The position numbers and the translations under genes were made by a program. Shown here piece after piece: positions 29,542 through 39,000 of a stretch of 64,000 nt of DNA. A model generated the notes under the pieces. The model did not search any database. It was given only the letters and a program-made list of their open reading frames with translations, and was not told the origin of the DNA. The DNA is taken from NCBI GenBank assembly GCA_965223325.1, contig CBDCWI010000002.1:640001-704000 (forward strand), written 5' to 3'. Position 1 is the first letter of the stretch; every line of letters begins with the position of its first letter. The DNA is from Candidatus Multivoradales bacterium. Its GTDB lineage: Bacteria; Acidobacteriota; Thermoanaerobaculia; Multivoradales; Multivoraceae.

Positions 29542-30966
29542 ATGCGCACCTCGAGATCCCTTTTCGCGACTCTGGCGGTCCTCGTTCTTGCCGCCCCGCT
29601 CGCCGCCGCTCCGCCAAACAACGCGGACAAGACCGGCGAAGTTCCAACCTTCTACGGCGACGTTCTCCCGGTTCTGCAGGAAAACTGCCAGGTTTGCCAC
29701 CGCGCGGGCGGTGCCAACCTCGGCGGCATGGTCGCCCCCATGTCGTTCATCAGCTACGAAGACACGCGGCCGTGGGCCAAGTCGATCGCCAAGCAGGTCG
29801 AAGCCCGCACCATGCCGCCCTGGCACGCTTCGACGCATCAGGCCGGGGTGTTTGCCAACGAGCGTGTGCTCGAAGAAGAGGAGATCGCGACCATCGTCGC
29901 CTGGGCACGCGCCGGCGCACCAGCGGGTGACGTGAGCCTCGCGCCCGACGCCGTCGACTGGCCGGTCTACGAAGGTGGCTATGCCATCGGCAACCCCGAC
30001 CTCGAGATCTACATGGGGCCGAAGTACTTCGTCGAAGACGACGTCGAAGACCAATACATCACGTTCGTGACGCCGATCACCGAAGAGATGCTGGCCGAGC
30101 CACGCTGGGTGAAGGCGGTCGAGTTCCTGCCTGGCAGCTCGGTCGTGCATCACATCGTCGCGCCACCGCTCGGCGGCATCGCCCCCGGCAACCAGCCCAG
30201 CATCTACCCGGAAGGCTACGGCACCCTGCTCAAGCCCGGTGACACCGTTCGTTGGTCGATGCACTACCACAAGGAAGCCGGCGAAGGCACCGGCGTATGG
30301 GATCGTTCCAAGGTCGGGATTCGCTTCTATCCCAAGGGTTACACCCCGGACCGTCCGATCGTTGTCGACCCCATGGCACGCATGGACTTCGTGATTCCGC
30401 CGGGTGAGCCATCGGTGTCGTACAACACGAAGGTCAAGTTCGAACGGGACTCCTACTTGATGTCGATCCTGCCGCACATGCACCTGCGCGGGAAGTCAGC
30501 GGAGTACATTGCGCACTACCCCGACGGCAGCAAAGAAACGCTGCTCGAGGTGCCGCGCTACGACTTCAACTGGCAGACGTCGTACGAGTACCCGGCCGAC
30601 AACCTGAAGAAGCTGCCGGCGGGCACCGAGGTCGAGTTCATCGCCACCTGGGACAACTCAGCCGACAACCCCTACAACCCGGATCCGACGGAGGAGGTTC
30701 ACTTCGGCGAGCCCACCACCGCCGAGATGATGTTTGGTTTCCTCACCTACGCCGATGCCGAGGCTGGCTACATGCCGCAGGGCAATGGTTGGTTGACCAA
30801 CCGGGAGAACCGTCCGAAGATGACCGGCGAGCGCATGCGCAAGATCCTCAAGGAGCGCATGGGTCTCGACTACGACACGCTTCCCGAAGACAAGAAGAAG
30901 GAAGTGCTCGAGCGCTTCGGCATGACCGCCGAAGAAGCGGCCATCGGAACGAGCGCCGGCGACTGA
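29542..30966 (+). CDS. Copper type II (PHM/DBH-like) monooxygenase-like protein with N-terminal c-type haem domain
   Basis: Signal peptide; CQVCH; VVHH, HYH, PHMHLRGK, YDFNWQ and EMM copper-ligand pattern. Confidence 0.8.
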   Translation: MRTSRSLFATLAVLVLAAPLAAAPPNNADKTGEVPTFYGDVLPVLQENCQVCHRAGGANLGGMVAPMSFISYEDTRPWAKSIAKQVEARTMPPWHASTHQAGVFANERVLEEEEIATIVAWARAGAPAGDVSLAPDAVDWPVYEGGYAIGNPDLEIYMGPKYFVEDDVEDQYITFVTPITEEMLAEPRWVKAVEFLPGSSVVHHIVAPPLGGIAPGNQPSIYPEGYGTLLKPGDTVRWSMHYHKEAGEGTGVWDRSKVGIRFYPKGYTPDRPIVVDPMARMDFVIPPGEPSVSYNTKVKFERDSYLMSILPHMHLRGKSAEYIAHYPDGSKETLLEVPRYDFNWQTSYEYPADNLKKLPAGTEVEFIATWDNSADNPYNPDPTEEVHFGEPTTAEMMFGFLTYADAEAGYMPQGNGWLTNRENRPKMTGERMRKILKERMGLDYDTLPEDKKKEVLERFGMTAEEAAIGTSAGD

Positions 30967-30980
30967 GTCACTGGCAGCAG

Positions 30981-31006
30981 GCGCTTGCGTGCTCGTAAGC
31001 GCTTTT
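30981..31006 (+). terminator. Rho-independent terminator candidate
   Basis: GCGCTTGCG-tgct-CGTAAGCGC followed by TTTT, 14 nt after the stop. Confidence 0.6.
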
Positions 31007-31033
31007 CGAAGCGGCGAGGGATACGCTCGGGGT

Positions 31034-32038
31034 ATGAACACCCCGCGCGTCGTCCTCGCCGTTTTCGTTTTGCTACCCGCCCTCGCCTGCTCTCCGGAGG
31101 TGCCGGACTCCCCATCCACCACATGGCCCGAGGGCTACGAGGCGGCATGGCAGCAGTGGCGGTCGGATCGGGTTGCCGGACTCACGGCGCGCGACGGCTG
31201 GCTCAACCTCGTCGGCCTACATTGGCTCGACTTCGGTGAGAGCACCCCGCAAGAGGGAGCCACCTGGAGCTTCGGCTATGGGCCGGACAACCAGGTGGTG
31301 TTCGAAGACCGACCCTCGGCTGACGGTGCTCCTCCGGTCCTGGGGACGCTCGAGATTCGTCTCCCGGATCACTTCCTGCTGACCTCCGCCGAGGAAGCCG
31401 GGCTCGCGATCGACGGTCAGCCGGCGGCGCCGGGGAAGCCGATCAGCCTCACCCGCATCGAGCCCGCCGAGGACCAGGCGCCGCTTGCCGAAGTCACCCG
31501 CGGGCCGATTGCCATCACCCTGATCAGTCGCGGTGGAAACTGGGCGCTGCGGGTTCGTGATCGCTCGATCGACAGCGCGGCCCTCCTCGAAGGCGGGATC
31601 GAAACCTGGGAACCACAACCTCGCTTCCTCATCGCCGCGCGCTTCGAGCCCTTCGACGAGGTGCGCCTGGCCGAAGTGCCCAATGTCACCCCCTTTGCCT
31701 ACGGCGCCGAAGCCCTCGGTGAGGTCCTCTTGCCGCTCGCCGATGACCATGGCGTGGTGACCGAGCATCGCATTCTGGCGCTCGGAACCGACCGCAGCGA
31801 ACCGCTCTTTCTCATCATCGCCGACCAGACCAACGGTAGGAACAGCTACGGCGGCGGTCGCTACCTCTATGCCGGACCGCCCGATAAAGACAACCGACTG
31901 ACCGTCGATCTCAATCGGCTCTACAACCCCCCCTGCGCCTTCACCGGCTGGGCCACTTGTCCTCTCCCGCCGAGACAGAACCGGCTGGAGGTAGCGATCG
32001 AGGCTGGCGAGAAAAGCTGGGACCATCACCTCGAGTAG
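31034..32038 (+). CDS. DUF1684 domain lipoprotein
   Basis: Lipobox ALAC; DGWLNLVGLHWL, D.TNG..SYGGGRYL, DLNRLYNPPCAF...TCPLPP.QNRL..AIEAGEK. Confidence 0.88.
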   Translation: MNTPRVVLAVFVLLPALACSPEVPDSPSTTWPEGYEAAWQQWRSDRVAGLTARDGWLNLVGLHWLDFGESTPQEGATWSFGYGPDNQVVFEDRPSADGAPPVLGTLEIRLPDHFLLTSAEEAGLAIDGQPAAPGKPISLTRIEPAEDQAPLAEVTRGPIAITLISRGGNWALRVRDRSIDSAALLEGGIETWEPQPRFLIAARFEPFDEVRLAEVPNVTPFAYGAEALGEVLLPLADDHGVVTEHRILALGTDRSEPLFLIIADQTNGRNSYGGGRYLYAGPPDKDNRLTVDLNRLYNPPCAFTGWATCPLPPRQNRLEVAIEAGEKSWDHHLE

Positions 32039-32044
32039 CAGGCG

Positions 32045-32512
32045 TTGAGCCCCGACAGCCTGGTCGAACTCGGCCTGCTCGGTCTTTTCGTCGCCGCCTT
32101 CCTCGCCGGATCGATCCTGCCCTTCGCCTCCGAAGCTGTTCTCACCGGGCTCCTGCTGGTGGGCGTTGGGGCCCCGTCGGCGGTGAGCACCGCCACCGCA
32201 GGGAACGTTCTCGGAGCGCTCACCGTGTACGCCATCGGCCGCTACGCGGGCGGCGGCGCACTCAGGCGGCGCTTCATGAGACGCCTCGGCGCGAACGACC
32301 CGAAACGCGCCGCGGCGGCCGACGAGAGGATCGCACGCTGGGGACCACTGGTCCTTCTCTTCTCCTGGGTGCCGGTTCTCGGCGACGCGCTGGTCCTGGC
32401 AGCAGGCCTGGCAAAGCTCGACGCACGGCGAGTTCTTCTGTTTGTGGCGCTCGGTAAAGGAGCCCGCTACTGCTTTGTCGCCTGGGCGGTCTCGAAAGCC
32501 GCCGGCGGCTGA
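32045..32512 (+). CDS. YqaA-like DedA/VTT family membrane protein
   Basis: FLAGSILPFASE, GNVLG, SWVPVLGD, GKGARY. Confidence 0.88.
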   Translation: MSPDSLVELGLLGLFVAAFLAGSILPFASEAVLTGLLLVGVGAPSAVSTATAGNVLGALTVYAIGRYAGGGALRRRFMRRLGANDPKRAAAADERIARWGPLVLLFSWVPVLGDALVLAAGLAKLDARRVLLFVALGKGARYCFVAWAVSKAAGG

Positions 32513-33633
32513 GCGCGGTCGCCGCGATCGCCGATGGGAACCAGCCAACCACCGCCAGGCCGAAGAGCAACTCGAACCCGGTCACCGATCGCTGGTGCCT
32601 CGATGTCACCCAGCCCCCTCACCCTGAGCGTCGTGCCCTCGTCGAGCGCCACCACGTCGATTCGGTCGTGCCCATAGAAGCGACACCCGGTGACCACACC
32701 GGCCGGGCCATCGAGTCGATGAGGCGAGTCCTCACGGTGGAGTTCGATCTCTTCCGGCCGCACCACCAACATCACTTGGTCGCCGCGACGTAGACCACCC
32801 TCGTCACCAGGCCGCCCCACCTCGCCGAGCAGCGAGCTGAGCCGCGTCCCGCGCGCGGCCACCGGAAGGAGCTGGCCGTCGCCAACAAAGCGCGCCACCC
32901 AGGCCGAGGCGGGTTGCCGGTAGATATCTTGCGGATGACCGACCTGCAGCACCTCGCCGCCGTCCATGACCACCACCCAGTCTGCGACCGAGAGCGCTTC
33001 TTCCTGGTCATGGGTCACCAGAATCGTGGTCGTACCATAAGAGCGCAGGGTCTCGAGCACCTCGTCACGAACGGTGGCCCGCGAGGCGGCATCGAGGTTG
33101 GCGAACGGCTCATCCAGGAGCACCAGGTCGGGACGCGGTGCCAGCGCACGCGCCACCGCAACGCGCTGCCGCTGGCCGCTCGAAAGCTCGCCCGGGTACC
33201 GCTCCCTGAGCTCGGCCAGGCCGAGACGATCGAGAAGCTCCTCGACGCGGGCCGAGCAATCGCGTCTGGGAAGCCCGTAAGCGACGTTCTTGGCTACCAC
33301 CAGGTGCGGAAAGAGAGCACCTTCCTGGAAGACCATGCCGACCCGGCGCTGCTCGGGCAGAACGAACCGCGAGGCGTCAACCAGCACGCGACCGCCGAGC
33401 GCGATACTGCCGGTGGCCGGACGCTCGAAGCCGGCGATCGCTCGCAGGACGGTCGTCTTGCCACAGCCACTCGGCCCGAGGATCGCGGTGACCAGGCCCG
33501 CCGGTGCCACAAAGGAGACATCGCGCACCGCCACGACGTCGCCGTAGTGCAGGCGAAGGTTGGTCGCCCGGAGCTCTGGCGCTCGCTTCAAGACCGAACG
33601 CCCCCTTCTGGAAGGCACCACTCGAGAGAACAC
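32467..33633 (-). CDS. ABC transporter ATP-binding protein (FbpC/PotA-like, TOBE domain)
   Basis: GPSGCGKTT, VFQEGALFPHL, LSSGQRQR, LLDEPF, VTHDQEEA; start uncertain. Confidence 0.9.
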   Translation of the reverse strand: MFSRVVPSRRGRSVLKRAPELRATNLRLHYGDVVAVRDVSFVAPAGLVTAILGPSGCGKTTVLRAIAGFERPATGSIALGGRVLVDASRFVLPEQRRVGMVFQEGALFPHLVVAKNVAYGLPRRDCSARVEELLDRLGLAELRERYPGELSSGQRQRVAVARALAPRPDLVLLDEPFANLDAASRATVRDEVLETLRSYGTTTILVTHDQEEALSVADWVVVMDGGEVLQVGHPQDIYRQPASAWVARFVGDGQLLPVAARGTRLSSLLGEVGRPGDEGGLRRGDQVMLVVRPEEIELHREDSPHRLDGPAGVVTGCRFYGHDRIDVVALDEGTTLRVRGLGDIEAPAIGDRVRVALRPGGGWLVPIGDRGDRAQPPAAFETAQATKQ

Positions 33634-33891
33634 CTCACACGGAGGGATCGTCGACGGACGGGGGGAAGAATCCTGCGGCGAAAAGGCATGGAGTGGCTCC
33701 GGAGAATCGCCTGATGGAGGTGTCCATCAAGGACCATTCTGGTACGGATAGTTCTTGGATTGTGGGGTTCCCCGCTTCAGGTTGTCAACAAACCGAACCC
33801 GCGTACTTGCCGCAAGGCCCGGGATCCACGGCCTGACGCTACCGGGGCCCCGGGCTAGAGGCCCCCTGGTTGCCCGCTAACATCCACTCCC

Positions 33892-35997
33892 ATGCCTCGC
33901 TCTCGGTTCCTCCACGTGACCCTCAACGCGATCCTGGCGATCAGTCTCCTCAGCTGTCGGCCGGAGCCGTCATCTCTTGCCAGCGCCAGCGAAGGGAACG
34001 GCTCAGACGAGGGTCGACCGGACATCCTGCTCGTGACCCTGGACACCACGCGCGCCGATGCCATGGACTGGGAATCGGGCGGCACCGCGACTCCCAACCT
34101 GGCGGCGCTCGCCGAGCGAGGAGTGCGCTTCGCCCACGCCTACACCACGGTGCCTACGACGCTTCCCGCCCACACCTCTCTCTTGAGCGGCCAGTATCCG
34201 GCCGAGCATGGAGTCCACGAGAACGCGCGCACACTCGACCCGGCGACGCCGCTGGTCACAGCAGAGCTCAGCGCCTCCGGATACGAGACAGCGGCGTTCG
34301 TCAGCGCCGCGCCACTGGCGGCACGATTTGGCCTGGCGCGTGGTTTCGCGCTCTACGATGACGACTTCCCCACCGGCCAAGCCGAACGCTCGGCCACCCA
34401 GACGACAAAGCGCGCAGAGCACTTCCTGACGGCAGCCGATTCCACGGAGCCGATCTTCCTGTGGGTGCACTACTTCGATCCCCACGACCCCTACCAGCCG
34501 CCCGAGCCTTTCGCCTCGCGTTTCCGAGACCGTCCGTACCTGGGCGAAGTGGCCGCCATGGACGATGCCTTCGGCTCCCTTCTTGCGACGTTCGAGCAAG
34601 TCGCCAAGAGGCGTGGGAGGAGTCACCAGGTGCTGGTGGTCGGCGATCACGGTGAAGGGCTTGGCGACCATGGCGAGGTCCGGCACGGCAACCTGCTCTA
34701 CCAGGGCACGATCCGGGTTCCGCTGGTGATCGCCGGCGAAGGCGTCACCGTTTCAGTACGCAAAGACGAGGTCAGCACACGACGGGTCTACGACACCATC
34801 CGGGCCTGGGCCAAACTCGAGCGAATCGCCACGGAGAACTCCCTGCTCGACCCGGGAGTCGATGAAGTCGTCATCGCGGAGGCGATGAAGCCGTTTCTGC
34901 AGTACGGTTGGCAGCCCCAGGTAGCAGCCGTTGGTCCAACCTCCGCAGGCGCAACGTCGAAAGCCATCATGGCCGGCGACTTCGAACTCTTCGACCTGAC
35001 CCGTGATCCCCACGAGAGCCTCGACCTCTCCAAAGCCGGCGCGCGTCTCCCCACCACCCTGGCCGATGCCATCTCTTCCTACCCGGTGGTCCCGCGGCTG
35101 AGACAAAGCTCGCTCGCCAACACCAACAAGCCGGCCCTCGACAACACCGAGAGGGCCGAGCTGGCGGCGCTCGGCTACGCAGATGCGACCGGCCCCTCGG
35201 TTCGGGTCGGCCTACGCGAAGACGCGCCAGCGCCGCGCGCGATGACTGGCCTCTTCGAATTGCTCGACCGCGGCTCGCTCCTTTTTGCTGCAGGTCGCTA
35301 CCAGGAAGCTTCGGTGGTGTTCGAGAAGGTGCGCTCCTCGGACCCGAACAACCCGGCAGCCGTCATGCGGCTTGCCATCGCTGCCTCGAGCCTCGGTGAA
35401 ACCAGAAAGGCCGATCGGCTCTTCGAGGAAGCACGCCGATTGGCACCGGACTCGCCAGATGTTCGCCACTACCACGCCATGCACCTTCTGCGCAGCAACC
35501 GCCCGCTGCTCGCCGAACCCTTCTTCATGGCGGTGCTCGACCAAATGCCCAATCGCCTCCCGGCCCTCGAAGCCCTCAGCCGCATCCGTGAGCGCCAGGG
35601 GCGCCTCCCGGAGGCACGCGAGCTTCTCGAACGTGCCAACGCCCTGGGACTTGCGGACAAAACCACGCTCGTGCGTCTGGGAGGCCTTCGTATGATGATG
35701 GGCGACAGCCGTCCCGCGATCGACGCGCTAGAACGAGCCCGCGCTCTTCCCGGCCCCTTCCCCTCCGATCTCGAGTTGGGAGTGCTCTATCTCGCCGAGC
35801 GACAGTTTGAACAGGCGCGCCAGGCTCTCGACCGGGTCCCGCCGAATCACCCCGGCTGGCCCATGGCGGCCTTCAAGCGCGCCCAGGTCAGCGTCCTGCT
35901 CGACGAACCCGATCAGGCGGAGTACATCGAAAGGGCCCGCCAAGTCGCCGATGACACCACCCGCAAACTAATCGCCGGGGAGCGACTCTTTCAGTAG
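33892..35997 (+). CDS. Sulfatase-like hydrolase with C-terminal TPR repeats, lipoprotein
   Basis: LLSC lipobox; LDTTRAD, PTTLPAH, HYFDPHDPY, GDHGEGLGDHGE; helical TPR-like tail. Confidence 0.85.
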   Translation: MPRSRFLHVTLNAILAISLLSCRPEPSSLASASEGNGSDEGRPDILLVTLDTTRADAMDWESGGTATPNLAALAERGVRFAHAYTTVPTTLPAHTSLLSGQYPAEHGVHENARTLDPATPLVTAELSASGYETAAFVSAAPLAARFGLARGFALYDDDFPTGQAERSATQTTKRAEHFLTAADSTEPIFLWVHYFDPHDPYQPPEPFASRFRDRPYLGEVAAMDDAFGSLLATFEQVAKRRGRSHQVLVVGDHGEGLGDHGEVRHGNLLYQGTIRVPLVIAGEGVTVSVRKDEVSTRRVYDTIRAWAKLERIATENSLLDPGVDEVVIAEAMKPFLQYGWQPQVAAVGPTSAGATSKAIMAGDFELFDLTRDPHESLDLSKAGARLPTTLADAISSYPVVPRLRQSSLANTNKPALDNTERAELAALGYADATGPSVRVGLREDAPAPRAMTGLFELLDRGSLLFAAGRYQEASVVFEKVRSSDPNNPAAVMRLAIAASSLGETRKADRLFEEARRLAPDSPDVRHYHAMHLLRSNRPLLAEPFFMAVLDQMPNRLPALEALSRIRERQGRLPEARELLERANALGLADKTTLVRLGGLRMMMGDSRPAIDALERARALPGPFPSDLELGVLYLAERQFEQARQALDRVPPNHPGWPMAAFKRAQVSVLLDEPDQAEYIERARQVADDTTRKLIAGERLFQ

Positions 35998-36010
35998 GCC
36001 TCCCTCGCCG

Positions 36011-36526
36011 TCACGCTTCGCCCCGCACCATGCGAGCGACCTGTTCGAGCAAGGCGTCGACCGCCACCCGGTGCTGCTCGATCGGTGCAGAAGAAAGCTC
36101 TTCGGGCTCTCGCCACGACAACTCCGCCAGCTCGTCGCGTTTGGCCACCACCGCAAACCGGACCGACGGCTCACGGGACAGGTGCTCGAAGAGCAGCGCC
36201 TGCTCGAGCTCGATCAACATCTCGTGAAGACGGCGCATCACTCGGAAGACTTCGAAGATCTGCGTTCGCATTGACGGAGTGCTACGCCAGTCGCGGCCGC
36301 CGAAACTGTGCTGAGTGACCTTCTGGCCCGCACCGAAACAGTCGTAGACCACACAGCCCGAGAACCCATGGTCAGACAAACGGTCGTGAATCGCACACCG
36401 AAACCCTTCGGTCAGATGACGACAGGGATCACCGGATGCCTTGTCGACGGCGAACTCCTCTGACTCAGAAAAGCCGGGAGCTACGCAGCACAGGCCACTG
36501 CACGCTTGGCAGTCGGCGACCAACAT
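36011..36526 (-). CDS. Cys-rich putative metal-cluster protein (N-terminal domain type of pentapeptide-repeat proteins)
   Basis: DCQACSGLCCVA, PCRHL, CAIH, GCVVYDCFGAGQKV. Confidence 0.75.
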   Translation of the reverse strand: MLVADCQACSGLCCVAPGFSESEEFAVDKASGDPCRHLTEGFRCAIHDRLSDHGFSGCVVYDCFGAGQKVTQHSFGGRDWRSTPSMRTQIFEVFRVMRRLHEMLIELEQALLFEHLSREPSVRFAVVAKRDELAELSWREPEELSSAPIEQHRVAVDALLEQVARMVRGEA

Positions 36527-36582
36527 CGAGTCGCGCTCGAGCAGTGCGGGGCGCCCGGTGTTTCTGGTCACCGCGCCGATCT

Positions 36583-37242
36583 TCAGTCGAAGCTCGCTTC
36601 GATTGCCTCGACGTACGGGCGACGCACACCGAGCTTGTTCGCGGCGTAGGCGGCGGCATCGAGCTCCGCGAGTCGAGCGGCTTCGGTCAGGGCCTGCTCG
36701 TGAAGTTCTTCGGCCGCCACCGTTCGGTCGAGGTACCCCACCGCCCGAGCCTCTTCTGGACCGTAAAGCTCTGAACGCACAGCCGCCGCCGGTAGATGAT
36801 GCGAGGCCAGGCCGGCGCGTGCAATCTCGAGACCGAAGACCGGGAGCGCCATGCCGATCGCGGTCTCGTTGAGGCCGATCTTCCAATCACCCACCGCGCC
36901 CAGCCTGGTGTCGGATGCCAGGAGCAGAAGTGCCCCTGCCGCCAAGGCGTGCCCGGTGCAGGCCGAGACCACCGGCTGCGGATGCTTGAAGAGCCGCAGC
37001 AGCAGCCGCCCGCCGGCATCGACGAGTGCGCTCGCCTCCGCCGGCCCTTTACCGATTTCTTTGAGATCGAAGCCGGCCGAGAACACGCCTTTGCGGCCCT
37101 CGATCAGAACCGCCCTGGCCTCTCGCTCGGCTCGGTCGAGGGCCTCATGGAGGGCACCGATCAAACCATGACCGAGGGGGTTGGCCTTGCCGTCGTCCAG
37201 GCAGAGGACGGCAACCGAGTCGTTCAAGCTGAATTCCAACAT
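36583..37242 (-). CDS. Enoyl-CoA hydratase/crotonase family protein
   Basis: LDDGKAN, FSAGFDL, ACTGHALAAG, IGLNETAIG. Confidence 0.88.
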   Translation of the reverse strand: MLEFSLNDSVAVLCLDDGKANPLGHGLIGALHEALDRAEREARAVLIEGRKGVFSAGFDLKEIGKGPAEASALVDAGGRLLLRLFKHPQPVVSACTGHALAAGALLLLASDTRLGAVGDWKIGLNETAIGMALPVFGLEIARAGLASHHLPAAAVRSELYGPEEARAVGYLDRTVAAEELHEQALTEAARLAELDAAAYAANKLGVRRPYVEAIEASFD

Positions 37243-37258
37243 CTGATCTGTTCCTGTT

Positions 37259-38998
37259 CTAACGTCTGTCGAAGCGTAGGCGACGAATTCGCGAACCCTC
37301 GTTGATGAACAACGCCTTGACCCGCCCCGTCCCGTCGCGCTCGAAGTGTACGACCCAGGGCACGGTGATCTGTTGTCGTAGCCGCCGCGGAAAGCGCGCA
37401 TTGACGACATCCTCGAGCTCGAACGTATCGCTCCACAGCGGTGAGAGTTCCTGGGGCGGACGAAACGGTGCATCGAAGAGCAACCGGCCGCCTTCGACGG
37501 TGATCGAGTAGGAGACGTCGAGCTCGTTGCTGCTGAAGAGGCCAGTGTATTCGGTGAGCTCTGCGAGCGACGGCGTAGGCTCCTCCATGTGCACGAAGCG
37601 GCGCTCTTCTTCGAGCCCCAGGTCCATGAAACGGGCGCTCTGCCCTTCGGGTCCCGACGACGACTCGGAGAAGGCAACCTCAAAGGGCGGCCCCTCGAGC
37701 TCGAACCGGTTGTCCGCGCTTGCCCTGGCGGCGACTGCTCCGAGAACCAGGCCGTCGTCGTTGGCACCCACCCGAATCACGCTGTGGTCGTCGAGACTTC
37801 GATACGTCCCGGCCCAACGGGTGAAGTCTGTGGCATCGCGACTCGGCTTTGTGGACCCTGGCCCCGGTGCTGACGGCGCCAGGGTCGGGGTCATTGCCGG
37901 GCCCAACACCGCATCGACCACCTGGTGCGCTAAACGCGTCGGGTTGATGTCACCGTCGTTGCACAAAAGGGCGATCGAGAGCCGGTCGTCTTCCGGGTAT
38001 CGAGCAAGGTAGGCGCGGTAGCCGGCGGTGCCGCCGCTGTGGGCGACTTGGCGCATGCCCCGGTACTGGCCCATGATCAAGCCGAGCGCGTAGGCATTGA
38101 CCGTACCGTTGTTGAGCCGCCCCTGGGTCTCGAGCGCCAGCGACAGGTCCTTACCGAGAACGGTTCCCAGGTCGAGTTCCGAGTTCCAGCGCTCGAGGTC
38201 ACCCACCGTCGTCAACAGGCCGCCGTTGCCATGCACGTCGGTGTTCGACATGTTGGTGTGCCGCACGTCGCCAGGACCGGTTTCATAGGCAGTCGCACGA
38301 CCAGCGATCACCTCAGTGAAGTCGTCTCGCCACTCGGTGTGTGACATTCCGAGCGGCTCGAAGAGTCGAGCATCGGTGAAATCCTGGAGCGACTGGCCGG
38401 AGACCCGTTCGACGATGAGCGCCGCGAGGATGTAGCCACTGTTGCTGTACAGGTACTCCTCACCGGGCAGAAAGTTGAGGTCCTGCTGACGGGCGATGAG
38501 CGCCAGGATCTCGCTGTTGTCGTGCGCCGCCCGACCGTCGGGACGCCCCTGTAGCGCCACCAGCGCCCGAAAGGTACGCAACCCGCTGGTGTGGTTGAGC
38601 ATCTGTCGAATGGTGATCGGCACGCCGAAGTCGGGTACCTCGGGGAGGTAGGTCCGCACATCGTCGTCGAACGACAGCTTCGCGTCGGCAGCTAGGAGCA
38701 CCACCGCTGCAGCGACGAACTGTTTCGACACCGAACCGGCTTCGAAAATCGTCTCGGGGGTGATCTTGCTCGGCTGCTCGAGATGTGCCATTCCGTAGCC
38801 GCGCGCGAAGACGTTCTGACCTCCGCGCGCGATCGAAACCGCGCAGCCAGGACTGTCGCTGCTGTTCCACGGAGCGAACACGGAATCGACACGCCGCGCA
38901 TCCGCTCGCGAGAGTTTCGCCGCCCCGGCGGGTAGGGCGACCAAGAGGCCTGACACCGCGAGGGTCACGAGCCCCTTCAGATTCATCTGGATTCTCAT
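37259..38998 (-). CDS. Serine hydrolase, beta-lactamase class C-like family, secreted
   Basis: Signal peptide; SVSK (SxxK), LNHTSG, YSN, HSG. Confidence 0.88.
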   Translation of the reverse strand: MRIQMNLKGLVTLAVSGLLVALPAGAAKLSRADARRVDSVFAPWNSSDSPGCAVSIARGGQNVFARGYGMAHLEQPSKITPETIFEAGSVSKQFVAAAVVLLAADAKLSFDDDVRTYLPEVPDFGVPITIRQMLNHTSGLRTFRALVALQGRPDGRAAHDNSEILALIARQQDLNFLPGEEYLYSNSGYILAALIVERVSGQSLQDFTDARLFEPLGMSHTEWRDDFTEVIAGRATAYETGPGDVRHTNMSNTDVHGNGGLLTTVGDLERWNSELDLGTVLGKDLSLALETQGRLNNGTVNAYALGLIMGQYRGMRQVAHSGGTAGYRAYLARYPEDDRLSIALLCNDGDINPTRLAHQVVDAVLGPAMTPTLAPSAPGPGSTKPSRDATDFTRWAGTYRSLDDHSVIRVGANDDGLVLGAVAARASADNRFELEGPPFEVAFSESSSGPEGQSARFMDLGLEEERRFVHMEEPTPSLAELTEYTGLFSSNELDVSYSITVEGGRLLFDAPFRPPQELSPLWSDTFELEDVVNARFPRRLRQQITVPWVVHFERDGTGRVKALFINEGSRIRRLRFDRR

Positions 38999-39000
38999 TA

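Noticed and set aside
33635-33727. 30-aa minus-strand uORF ending 1 nt before the ABC ATPase start
   Set aside because: There is no RBS or distinctive composition, and such ORFs are expected by chance.
33640-33860. TPP or cobalamin riboswitch, or tRNA-Sec, upstream of the ABC ATPase
   Set aside because: The conserved cores (CUGAGA; GGGAA...GCCACUG; T-loop GTTCRA with a TCA anticodon arm) are not present on either strand.
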